From NCBI GenBank assembly GCA_027036135.1, contig JALVSY010000007.1, positions 996,880 through 1,060,879 of the forward strand: DNA of 64,000 bases, read 5' to 3'. The translations under genes and the position numbers were made by a program. Numbering within the stretch: the stretch's first letter is position 1; each line of letters begins with the position of its first letter. The stretch comes from Pyrodictiaceae archaeon (GTDB lineage: Archaea > Thermoproteota > Thermoprotei_A > Sulfolobales > Pyrodictiaceae). The notes beneath the pieces are model-generated. The model saw nothing but the letters and a program-made list of their open reading frames with translations. It made no database searches and was not told where the DNA came from. This document shows positions 29,403 through 38,075 of the stretch, in pieces.

Positions 29403-29996
29403 TTAGGGTTCTTCTTCCCTCTTTTTCTTATCCCTGTACTCGATGATTACGATTGAGCCTAGTTTCTCGCTTGATAGTACCTGGTATCCCATTTCTTCTA
29501 TGATTGTTGATGCTATATCCCTTACATAGCTCGCCAATAGTTCCGAAGAATTACGTTGGCTCAGTGATATTATGAGGCGTTTCTCGCCATTTGTGTCATC
29601 AACTGTGTCTATTGTGGAGAAGGGGGTAAAGAGGGAAATGATATCCTTTGGCTCAAGGCCTTCAACGCCGTGTGCTTTCAGATAAACTGTTGCAGTACGA
29701 GCAAATTCTCGGACATGGTTTATGAACCGTGTCCTAGCCTCGTCGCTGCTCCCCTCAAGTAGTGCTAGCAATGCATCGCTAGGGATTACTACGGCGCCTA
29801 GCCTTTTGGTATCGGCTAGCATCACGCTATCACGGAATATAGTTGTTATATTGTCTCTGCCCTGAAGCATGCGGGCAGCATGTGCCAGCATAAGGCTGGC
29901 AAGCTCTGATATAGTAAGCCCTGTGCGCTTAGCGATCCCCATTAGGTCGCGTAGAACAGTCTCTGGGACCACTATGAGCTTCTTGGGCCCCTTCAT
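29403..29996 (-). CDS. Ribbon-helix-helix protein, paralogue of the adjacent gene
   Basis: KKLIVVPETVLRDLMGIAKRTGLTISELASLML; shares a G-hydrophobic-IP-x-D motif (GAVVIPSD vs GLLLIPAD). Confidence 0.7.
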   Translation of the reverse strand: MKGPKKLIVVPETVLRDLMGIAKRTGLTISELASLMLAHAARMLQGRDNITTIFRDSVMLADTKRLGAVVIPSDALLALLEGSSDEARTRFINHVREFARTATVYLKAHGVEGLEPKDIISLFTPFSTIDTVDDTNGEKRLIISLSQRNSSELLASYVRDIASTIIEEMGYQVLSSEKLGSIVIIEYRDKKKREEEP

Positions 29997-30161
29997 TAAG
30001 TCCTCACGCCGCTCGCTACTCCAGAGATTATGCTGGTATTTCGGTTATATAAGACTAAGGCTAAAGGTAGGGACTTAGTTTTCTAAAGGGGATGTGGCGC
30101 GTTTTTATAATGTCGCTGAGTCTTGTAACCAGCTTTGTGCTAAGGTATACCGTTTAGGATT

Positions 30162-32153
30162 CTACTTGATTATTAATGCACTTTGTCCTATCTGTGCTAC
30201 TCTCTCAAGTATGGTTGTGGCTGAGACACAATCTGTTAAGCTAGCCTTGGTGATTCCGGTCGTGTATATATCGTTGGTATTAATTATTTTAACGCTGGTA
30301 CTAGGTGGCATCAATACCTTACAGCCTTGGCACACAACAGAAAGTGGTGAGGCGCTGAACACTTCAACATACTCGCCTGTATAATCTGGTTCTTGGAACT
30401 CTATCTTAGCTGATAATGAGCTTGGCAGATATAATTCCGAGACATTATAGGCGGTGGATTCGTAACTTTCTATTCCTTCGCCGGGTAACAGCAATAGCCA
30501 TGAGCCTTGCGGGACACGAGTATTTGTTGGCAGTATTGACAAGTGTATATAATCATCAATGCCACTGATAAAAGCTACACCAGTATTGCAGAAGAGACTA
30601 TCCCCTACATCATCAGTGTTGTTCGTTGTATCAACTATTAGCCTAGAGCCCTTACCCACTAATACGAGTTCTATTGCAAGTATAGCGTTGTTGGATAGAA
30701 GTCCTGCCTTATTAAAAAGCTTTCCCGGATCTATGCTTATTATGCCACTTAGTGCCTCGTTACTAGTGATTTTTGTTAAGTTTAATAATGTAGTCTTATA
30801 TACGGCCTTGATAACTTGATTAGACTTTGTAAGCTGTACTATCTGCATATCTACTGGGAGTCCAAGCCTCCACTCCGATAATGGAACAAGGTAGGCATAG
30901 ATAGCGATGTACTGAGGCGAGCTTCTATATGCTCCGTAAGTCTTAACAGTATATCCGCTCAATGGAGTATAATAAAATTCCCAAGAGAGCTTTCCTTGTG
31001 CATTGTACTGTACTGGTAGTACTCCATAGCTAAGTGTAATGGGTGCTGAGTCTCTACTAATAAGGAGTGGTATTAGTAATATATCAATGCTTCTGCTATA
31101 AAGACTTGATATAGACTTCTTTGTGCACACAGTAAAGCTATATCCATCACTAAGTCTTGTAGCTTTCTCCACTACTCTTGCATAGAAGAATGGAGGCGAC
31201 ATATTAGCCTCAACGAGCCAAGTGTACCGCCAGCCCCAGCCAGAGTACTCGCCAGCAGAATCGCCATATAACTGGATATGCAGGGGCAGTACAACCCTAT
31301 AATCCCTTATATGTAGCCATCCAGGCCGCTCAGCTACTAAGCTAGCATACTCGTACTCGAGATGCATAGCTACACGAGTAGCATTCTCGGGTAGTGGTGT
31401 ATGGTAAGAGTTGTCCCGGTATAAGCAACCAATCCCGGGCCTGCAGTAGATAGGGTATGATACATCAACTGTAAGATTGTTATCATACAGAGTGGCGCTA
31501 GCTGATACCCGTGACGGGATAAAACGGTACACATAGCTATTAGACCTGCCCAGAACTACATAATTGGTCTCGTTAATAACAAGGCCAGGTACTACACCAT
31601 ACTCGTTCAACAAGCTTAACGCATCATTGCTTACAAGAATACCGCGTATCCACAAAGGCTGTAACATAGATGAATAAGTATCCATGTTGCCTATATTATT
31701 CTTACATCCCTTAAGCAACGCTGACGCATTAACGATGTATCCGCTAAGACAATGCATATTTGGGTCAAGCTCGTATCTATAGATCCAGAACCCACCATTA
31801 CTACTATTCACGGTAATTACTACGTCCTCGTTGCAAGGTATATTGATATATACAGAGCCATTATCACTGCTGTAAGCTCCTACAACCCGGCCAGACAAAT
31901 CATAAACAATTACGTCAAATCGCCCCAACCCATTATCGTTAATCTTAAGCTCTGCAGCCAAGAACCCATCATTACAAGTATTGCTCAACGGTCCCAATTC
32001 CATAGTAGGCGGCATGGCCATTAGCGCCCTTGAAGTAATAATGTGTATACCGCCGTATACGGCGCGAGAAATGAGAATAGAAGCAGCTGCCGCCAGGGAA
32101 ACAATCATAGCAATCACAAAGATAGCTGCAACTAAGTTCTCTAGTCCACGCAT
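30162..32153 (-). CDS. Large secreted protein with class III (pilin-like) signal peptide
   Basis: MRG|LENLVAAIFVIAMIVSLAAAASIL N-terminus; beta-rich, rich in Tyr/Ser/Cys, with N-glycosylation sequons. Confidence 0.7.
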   Translation of the reverse strand: MRGLENLVAAIFVIAMIVSLAAAASILISRAVYGGIHIITSRALMAMPPTMELGPLSNTCNDGFLAAELKINDNGLGRFDVIVYDLSGRVVGAYSSDNGSVYINIPCNEDVVITVNSSNGGFWIYRYELDPNMHCLSGYIVNASALLKGCKNNIGNMDTYSSMLQPLWIRGILVSNDALSLLNEYGVVPGLVINETNYVVLGRSNSYVYRFIPSRVSASATLYDNNLTVDVSYPIYCRPGIGCLYRDNSYHTPLPENATRVAMHLEYEYASLVAERPGWLHIRDYRVVLPLHIQLYGDSAGEYSGWGWRYTWLVEANMSPPFFYARVVEKATRLSDGYSFTVCTKKSISSLYSRSIDILLIPLLISRDSAPITLSYGVLPVQYNAQGKLSWEFYYTPLSGYTVKTYGAYRSSPQYIAIYAYLVPLSEWRLGLPVDMQIVQLTKSNQVIKAVYKTTLLNLTKITSNEALSGIISIDPGKLFNKAGLLSNNAILAIELVLVGKGSRLIVDTTNNTDDVGDSLFCNTGVAFISGIDDYIHLSILPTNTRVPQGSWLLLLPGEGIESYESTAYNVSELYLPSSLSAKIEFQEPDYTGEYVEVFSASPLSVVCQGCKVLMPPSTSVKIINTNDIYTTGITKASLTDCVSATTILERVAQIGQSALIIK

Positions 32154-32338
32154 GGGTACCCTAGGTATCTTCCTGTATCAGATGCAGCGGCGTGGAGGGG
32201 CCGGGCCGTAACTAAGCAGTAACACTGTATGCAAATGTATACACTTGTTACCGCATACCCCAAAAACCCTCCACAACAACCTACCACTACCACACGGCCT
32301 AGAGAAAAGGTAGACTCTAAGCGCAGGGTGAACCACGT

Positions 32339-35300
32339 ATGAGATCCAGGCTACTAAACACGCTCATAATAGCAATCTTCCTCCTCTCCATAGCAGCACC
32401 ACTAGTACCAATAATGACCACACCTATAACAAAGATAGCTAAGGCACAAGCAGCACCAACAATATGGGCTAATGCGACAAAAGTAACATGCAACACGACA
32501 GTAAAGGTAGTAGTAACAGTACCAGGAGCCACGGCGAGCACCGTAAAGGTCAATGTAACTGTTAATGGCGCTCCTAATACAGTTACACTCGAGAGAAATG
32601 GTACCACAGACCAGTATGTTGGCTACCTATATATAAAACCGATCCAACCGGAATGTGGTGCTGCAGAAGTAGTATACATATCGCTAGGCGGGTATACTTC
32701 ATACGCTCTCTCGGGCACGCTTAACAGCAATGGGCAAACAATAGTAATAAGCATGAAGGGTGCAGAGAACACGTGGACCATCTACTTCTATAACAAGGCG
32801 AAACTAGTAATTGAGGGACGCGAATACCCGCCAAATAGCGGAGTATATTGGATACCAAGAATCTGCAACTGTACAATAGGTAGCATAAATCCATACTATG
32901 CCTATAACCCCTGGGAGTGGTACATAATAGCGCCATTTGCTACGCCTGGAAAACAATACAATGTATCAATAAATATAACTAATATCGTCAATAACGAGCC
33001 GGTAGCAAGCATAACTGCAGTATTCAATGCAACAACAAAAGGCGGCATAACAGTACTAATCCCGGCGAACAAGACTGAGGCAATGAAGATAAACTACCTA
33101 CTCCTAGAGGCCAGTAACAAGACTACACCTTGGTACATAATGGGCAACAACTTTGATGACGTCATAAGCCAGGGAGACCTTCTACAAGTAACAGCCACAA
33201 TATATAACGCGACAAGTTCATCAAAGAGTATTACGACAAAGAGCATACAACTAAGAATATTCGTAAGTATAGCGAAAATATATACCGAGCCAGCAACACT
33301 AAGCCTAAACAACCCAGAATTCACAATATACGTAGCCGATGCTGACGCCAACTTCAACTCAACATACGCAGAGACATACCCATTCAATCTAACAATAGGA
33401 GGGATACAGGTAAAGCTAAAAGAAACTGGACCCGACACCGGCCTCTTTGCCGCACAGCTAAACTTATTAACAAAAGGCCTCTATCCACAAGGCTTCAACG
33501 AGACGAACAATAAGTTATACTGGAACCTAACAGAAATAAGGATAGACAAGCCAAGAAAAGTAGTAACATGCCTAAGAAGCGGCTACTTCACAATACAATA
33601 CCACTATGGTATAGTAAAGACAGCGCAGGCATCAGTAATACTAAGACAAGCAGTGCACTGCTGCCCGGTTCTCGAACTAACATTAGAAACCAATGATACG
33701 GACCTATTGCTAGGATATCCATCAACAGTACCGGTAGCAGCAACAATGATAACGCCTGGTACCCCATTGATAAATGTTACAGCGAATTATACAGAATACT
33801 ATTCATCAACCAATACTATAGAGCAGACAAAAGTACCAGCACTAATGATCTCGTTGTATCTAGTGGGAGTAAACGAGACCAATGGGACAAAGGCAATACC
33901 TCTAACAGCAACCGCTAACTTTACACTAGCATTCTACCAGACAAGCAGCAATACAATCACGGCACAGATACCACTAAGCCTGATTAACTGGGCGCAAGCA
34001 AATAAGAACCTAACAGAGAGCGGATATAACCCCAAGTGCATCGAAGTAGTATACTATGATCTCTTCAACCCGAGCCTGCAAGTACAAAAACACATAGTGT
34101 GTGTGAAGGTGCAACATGTAAGTATGAGCTTGGATCGCTATATATTACCAGTAATAGCTAGGACATTGAATGCAACCAATCACTACACTAATATATCTGG
34201 GTCACAGTATCAAGTAGTACATATAAAAATCTATGATGAGGGTATGAACAAGAACTGCTGCCAAGTAGACAATATTAGTGCTTCTAACATCAAATTAATA
34301 CTAACAAAGTATGATAAAGTAATAGGTAAAAGTATCGTACTGAACGAATCTTATGGTGAGATAACACTGCCTCTCAAGGAAAGACTGAGCAACGGCTCTA
34401 TAATCACTGTTGGAAAATGTTATATGGAGGTAACGAACTTTACTGAGACCGGGCCAAATACAGGAGTATTTACCGGCGAACTCAGAATATACTCAATTGT
34501 TAATATAAGCGGTAAGACCTACTGGTTCCCAGGGTGCCCATCACCATGGCTAAATGGCGCCACGTTAACCCTTAAGTACATAAGTGGAGCTGTAGGATAC
34601 GCAGAGAAAACAATTAAGTTCAAAGTAGATGACGCTATGCTAAAAGTATCATCCACGAGCGTATACTTTGGGAAGAACCTAACAATAATAGTAAATGACC
34701 CAGACGCTAACCTGGATAATAGCGTGAACGAAACCATACCGGTAATTATAGAAGCTTATTGTCCGGTAAGCGGGGAGCTTAAACAATACACGGTGTCTCT
34801 AAAGTCTGTTGCCGCGAATAGTAGCATATTTGAGGCCACGATACCAGTCACTAAACCATATGTACCAGGCCCTTGTACCCAGCTAATTATTCGCTACATA
34901 GACCCAACACCATATAATCCGATGTCATTAAGCCTAGCGCAGCAGTTATTTGAACAAGCATACGCAGAGAACGGCTCCGTCCATTGGTTGCTGTACTATA
35001 GTAGCCCATACACCCCATCCAATTCATTGGCGACAAACTTTGCTCCGTCCTCAGATGCGGTCCACGAAGTAACCATTAATGTGGTGCCTATGAAAGGCAA
35101 GGTTGAGGTATTCTACGAGTTGCCGCCGTTTATAAATAACTGGATAAATGTTACCAACAAGGTTATACCGGCATCTAACTACACATTAATTAACATAACG
35201 GTAATCGATAGCGACCAGAACAAAAACGCTATGGAAATAGACACGATATCGCCAAGCTATATATCAATAACCTTTAACGGGACAACGGTGTCTCTACCGT

Positions 35301-36397
35301 CACAGTATGTGTTAATAGAGACTGGGCCAGACACTGGAGTATTTACAACAACCTTGTCGCTTGGCGACATATTATCGATGTTGGGACTTAATAGTCCACT
35401 AGAGCTAGCAGGGAAAACTATAACTATAACATATCATGACCCGTCAGCGTCATGTCAGACTGGAATATGCGGTGGAACTGGTACAGCAACGGCATCAGTA
35501 GCACTGAAAGTGATAGATGTAACTGGTAACCTTTCAGTAATTAATGCGGTTACTGGTAAGCCTCAGAACAGCTTTAACTGTTATTGCATGAGGACCCATA
35601 AGCCAGGCAACATAATAACTATTAGCGTTGCTGATCTGGATCTCCTACCATACAGTATGCCATACAGCGGGTTAAGCCAAGTAAATCTTAGCAAGTTTAT
35701 CAGCATATATAATGTAAGAGGTACGAGCATGTCTCCAGCTGCTAATAGCATAACATTTAGATACGCTGGAACATACAATGTAACAGTAGATGGCGTACCA
35801 ATACCTGTAGCGGTCTTTAACGCCACTAACATACAGCTACTTTGTAGCAGTTTTGAGACGACGAGTGTGAGTGGAAACTATATTGTAGCACCACCATTCA
35901 CTACGTTGAAGATAGTATACCATGACCCGGCCAGCAGCAATGGTATGCCTGTAAACGTGAGCAAGTCATTTAGCATAGGTATAGCGACAATAACTAAGCC
36001 CGAGGAGACAGCTAGTATTAATACGTCAAAGACAGCAGTAGTAGTCTACAGAAATGGTACATTCGTACAAACGACGCTAGTGGTACAAGGTGAGCCGGTA
36101 ACAATAGAGGCACCGATAACCTATAACCCGCTGGCAGCCTCGATGTTCGCTGGCAAGACCTTCGATGTAGTGTATCTAATCACTGATAACACCGGACACG
36201 TCTATGCCTTCGGCTACGTGCCTGTAAGCGTATCGCAGAGCGGTTACGTAGTAGTACCATTGCAGATTAGTAGCTTAGTAACAAAGAGCTTAGCGCCAGG
36301 GACATATAAGGTAGTAATTTATGCTGTCAACAACTTAGTGAATTTGGTATCGCTATCAAAGCCCGTTGAAGTAACAATAACGGTACAAGCGGCATAA
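32339..36397 (+). CDS. Putative major S-layer glycoprotein (SlaA-like, Ig-domain repeats)
   Basis: Sec signal ending AKAQA; repeated D-x-D-x-N / ETGP[DN]TG[LV]F / Y-x-DP modules; many N-x-S/T sequons; about 20 Cys; no C-terminal TM. Confidence 0.8.
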   Translation: MRSRLLNTLIIAIFLLSIAAPLVPIMTTPITKIAKAQAAPTIWANATKVTCNTTVKVVVTVPGATASTVKVNVTVNGAPNTVTLERNGTTDQYVGYLYIKPIQPECGAAEVVYISLGGYTSYALSGTLNSNGQTIVISMKGAENTWTIYFYNKAKLVIEGREYPPNSGVYWIPRICNCTIGSINPYYAYNPWEWYIIAPFATPGKQYNVSINITNIVNNEPVASITAVFNATTKGGITVLIPANKTEAMKINYLLLEASNKTTPWYIMGNNFDDVISQGDLLQVTATIYNATSSSKSITTKSIQLRIFVSIAKIYTEPATLSLNNPEFTIYVADADANFNSTYAETYPFNLTIGGIQVKLKETGPDTGLFAAQLNLLTKGLYPQGFNETNNKLYWNLTEIRIDKPRKVVTCLRSGYFTIQYHYGIVKTAQASVILRQAVHCCPVLELTLETNDTDLLLGYPSTVPVAATMITPGTPLINVTANYTEYYSSTNTIEQTKVPALMISLYLVGVNETNGTKAIPLTATANFTLAFYQTSSNTITAQIPLSLINWAQANKNLTESGYNPKCIEVVYYDLFNPSLQVQKHIVCVKVQHVSMSLDRYILPVIARTLNATNHYTNISGSQYQVVHIKIYDEGMNKNCCQVDNISASNIKLILTKYDKVIGKSIVLNESYGEITLPLKERLSNGSIITVGKCYMEVTNFTETGPNTGVFTGELRIYSIVNISGKTYWFPGCPSPWLNGATLTLKYISGAVGYAEKTIKFKVDDAMLKVSSTSVYFGKNLTIIVNDPDANLDNSVNETIPVIIEAYCPVSGELKQYTVSLKSVAANSSIFEATIPVTKPYVPGPCTQLIIRYIDPTPYNPMSLSLAQQLFEQAYAENGSVHWLLYYSSPYTPSNSLATNFAPSSDAVHEVTINVVPMKGKVEVFYELPPFINNWINVTNKVIPASNYTLINITVIDSDQNKNAMEIDTISPSYISITFNGTTVSLPSQYVLIETGPDTGVFTTTLSLGDILSMLGLNSPLELAGKTITITYHDPSASCQTGICGGTGTATASVALKVIDVTGNLSVINAVTGKPQNSFNCYCMRTHKPGNIITISVADLDLLPYSMPYSGLSQVNLSKFISIYNVRGTSMSPAANSITFRYAGTYNVTVDGVPIPVAVFNATNIQLLCSSFETTSVSGNYIVAPPFTTLKIVYHDPASSNGMPVNVSKSFSIGIATITKPEETASINTSKTAVVVYRNGTFVQTTLVVQGEPVTIEAPITYNPLAASMFAGKTFDVVYLITDNTGHVYAFGYVPVSVSQSGYVVVPLQISSLVTKSLAPGTYKVVIYAVNNLVNLVSLSKPVEVTITVQAA

Positions 36398-36440
36398 ATA
36401 CATGATAGCTAAGTGGATGAGAAGGTTAAAACCCCTAATG

Positions 36441-36446
36441 TTTTTT
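36441..36446 (+). terminator. Oligo-T terminator candidate after the S-layer gene
   Basis: TTTTTT 44 nt after the stop codon, in an AT-rich tract. Confidence 0.45.
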
Positions 36447-36482
36447 ACTTATTTATCGTATTCTGTTATAAGCTATAGATAG

Positions 36483-36525
36483 AATGTTCGAACATTACAT
36501 ATATGTAGCTCTCAACGCTTAAATA
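36483..36525 (+). promoter_or_regulatory. Two abutting palindromes plus a TATA-like element upstream of the stalk gene
   Basis: AATGTTCGAACATT (36483-36496), TACATATATGTA (36496-36507), CTTAAATA (36518-36525). Confidence 0.45.
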
Positions 36526-36578
36526 CGTGCTCCAAAGAAAAATCCCCTTGATGGTGTATAATTGGAGGGTGTAGGTAA

Positions 36579-37937
36579 ATGAGAAAGATAATAACTCCAA
36601 TAGCTGCCCTACTAGTGATAACAGTGCTAGCACTAAGTATAGCTAGTTACGCTGCCTCAGTAACCTATAGCGGCGTGACCCTTAGTACTAATAAGAACAA
36701 GTACCTACCCGGTGAAACAGTAACAATAACTGTTAGCTTCGAGAAACCATTCACGGGGTCTGTATATCTATACATCTATAAGCCAGGAGGAATTCTAGAT
36801 TTCTTCAAGTATGTAAGTCTAACGAATGAAACAACTTACACGGTGACTTACAAGCCACAAGAACTGGGTGTCTATACGGTCAAGGCAAGCGTTCAAGGTA
36901 GCTTTGCAGGAGAGAATCGGACAATAGTGATACCAGTTAGTGCCTTATCAGTAACATTTACTGTGGCGGCGCAATATGCGATTAAAGGCCGAGTAGTTGA
37001 TGAAAACGGTAATCCGGTTCCTGGGGCAACGGTTATGATTAAAGAAGCAGGGCTAAAGACAACTACTGATAGTAATGGTTACTTTGTTATATCGGTAGCG
37101 AAGCCAGGTACATACACGCTATGTGCTTGTAAGGAGGGCTACTTACCAAGTATGGCTACTGTCCAAGTGACCCAGATGGGTATAACAGAGCTAAGTAAGC
37201 CAATAGTCATAGAGAGCTTCACTCATGCGATACTAAGACTACAAAACAATATACAGCAACTAGATAATAAGTTAGCAGAACTAAATATGACACTAAGCAA
37301 TGCTATAAAGACACAGGTAAGTAACCTGCGAACAGAGCTAACAAATAGCCTAAATCAGTTAAGCAATGATGTTAACAAGAAGATAAACAATCTAACACAG
37401 AGAGTAACGGGTCTAGAGAATACAGTAGCCGGTATAAGTGATGCATTAAAGCAGCTAAGCACTAGCATACAATCGCTACAGACAAGTATACAGAATCTAC
37501 AGGCGCAACTAAGTAATGTACAGCAGCAGTTACAAGGAAAGGCTGATAAAGCTGCACTACAACAGCTAGCAACTATGTTAAACAATATGAATACTAAGAT
37601 AAGCAATATGGATAAAACGTTATCGACTCTGCAGACAACGGTAACCCAGTTGCAAGGCGTCGTCAAAGACCTCAAGACGACTGTTGGGGGACTAAAGACA
37701 ACGGTTAGTAGTTTGCAGACGAGTGTATCCGACTTAAAGTCAACTATGAATAATGTACAGAACAAGCTTAATACTGTAGCGAGCCAGGCGAACAGCGCTG
37801 CGCAGCAGGCTAGCAAGGCTACAAAGAAGGCCGATGACGCTGCATCGAAGGCGATGCTCGGCATAGTGATAGGCATAATTGGCCTCATAATAGCAATTAT
37901 AGCTGTTATACTAGTTTATCGGAAAATAGCTGTCTAA
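36579..37937 (+). CDS. Putative S-layer stalk/anchor protein (SlaB-like)
   Basis: Signal peptide; two beta-sandwich domains (the second carboxypeptidase-regulatory-like, GRVVDENGNPVPGATV); ~200-aa heptad coiled coil; C-terminal TM plus RK tail. Confidence 0.82.
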   Translation: MRKIITPIAALLVITVLALSIASYAASVTYSGVTLSTNKNKYLPGETVTITVSFEKPFTGSVYLYIYKPGGILDFFKYVSLTNETTYTVTYKPQELGVYTVKASVQGSFAGENRTIVIPVSALSVTFTVAAQYAIKGRVVDENGNPVPGATVMIKEAGLKTTTDSNGYFVISVAKPGTYTLCACKEGYLPSMATVQVTQMGITELSKPIVIESFTHAILRLQNNIQQLDNKLAELNMTLSNAIKTQVSNLRTELTNSLNQLSNDVNKKINNLTQRVTGLENTVAGISDALKQLSTSIQSLQTSIQNLQAQLSNVQQQLQGKADKAALQQLATMLNNMNTKISNMDKTLSTLQTTVTQLQGVVKDLKTTVGGLKTTVSSLQTSVSDLKSTMNNVQNKLNTVASQANSAAQQASKATKKADDAASKAMLGIVIGIIGLIIAIIAVILVYRKIAV

Positions 37938-38075
37938 GCTACGCATAGCCCCTTAGTTTTTTAACCGTATACGGCTTTTTAATAATACATTATTATTCTT
38001 ACCTATTAGGTATCTCCCTTATTATTCTACTTTAAACTCTTATCGTTTTTATCCCCTAGGTACGCGTTTCCTAAA

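Noticed and set aside
32260-32300. C/A-rich tract (CCACAACAACCTACCACTACCACAC) upstream of the S-layer gene
   Set aside because: Short, low-complexity and imperfect; no function can be supported from sequence alone
37355-37888. 177-aa Cys/Leu-rich minus-strand ORF
   Set aside because: Shadow of the coiled-coil heptad codons of the stalk gene
30162-37937. Cannula (CanA-like) or bundling-pilus genes
   Set aside because: The proteins here are far larger and have different architectures; no small cannula-like subunit was recognised
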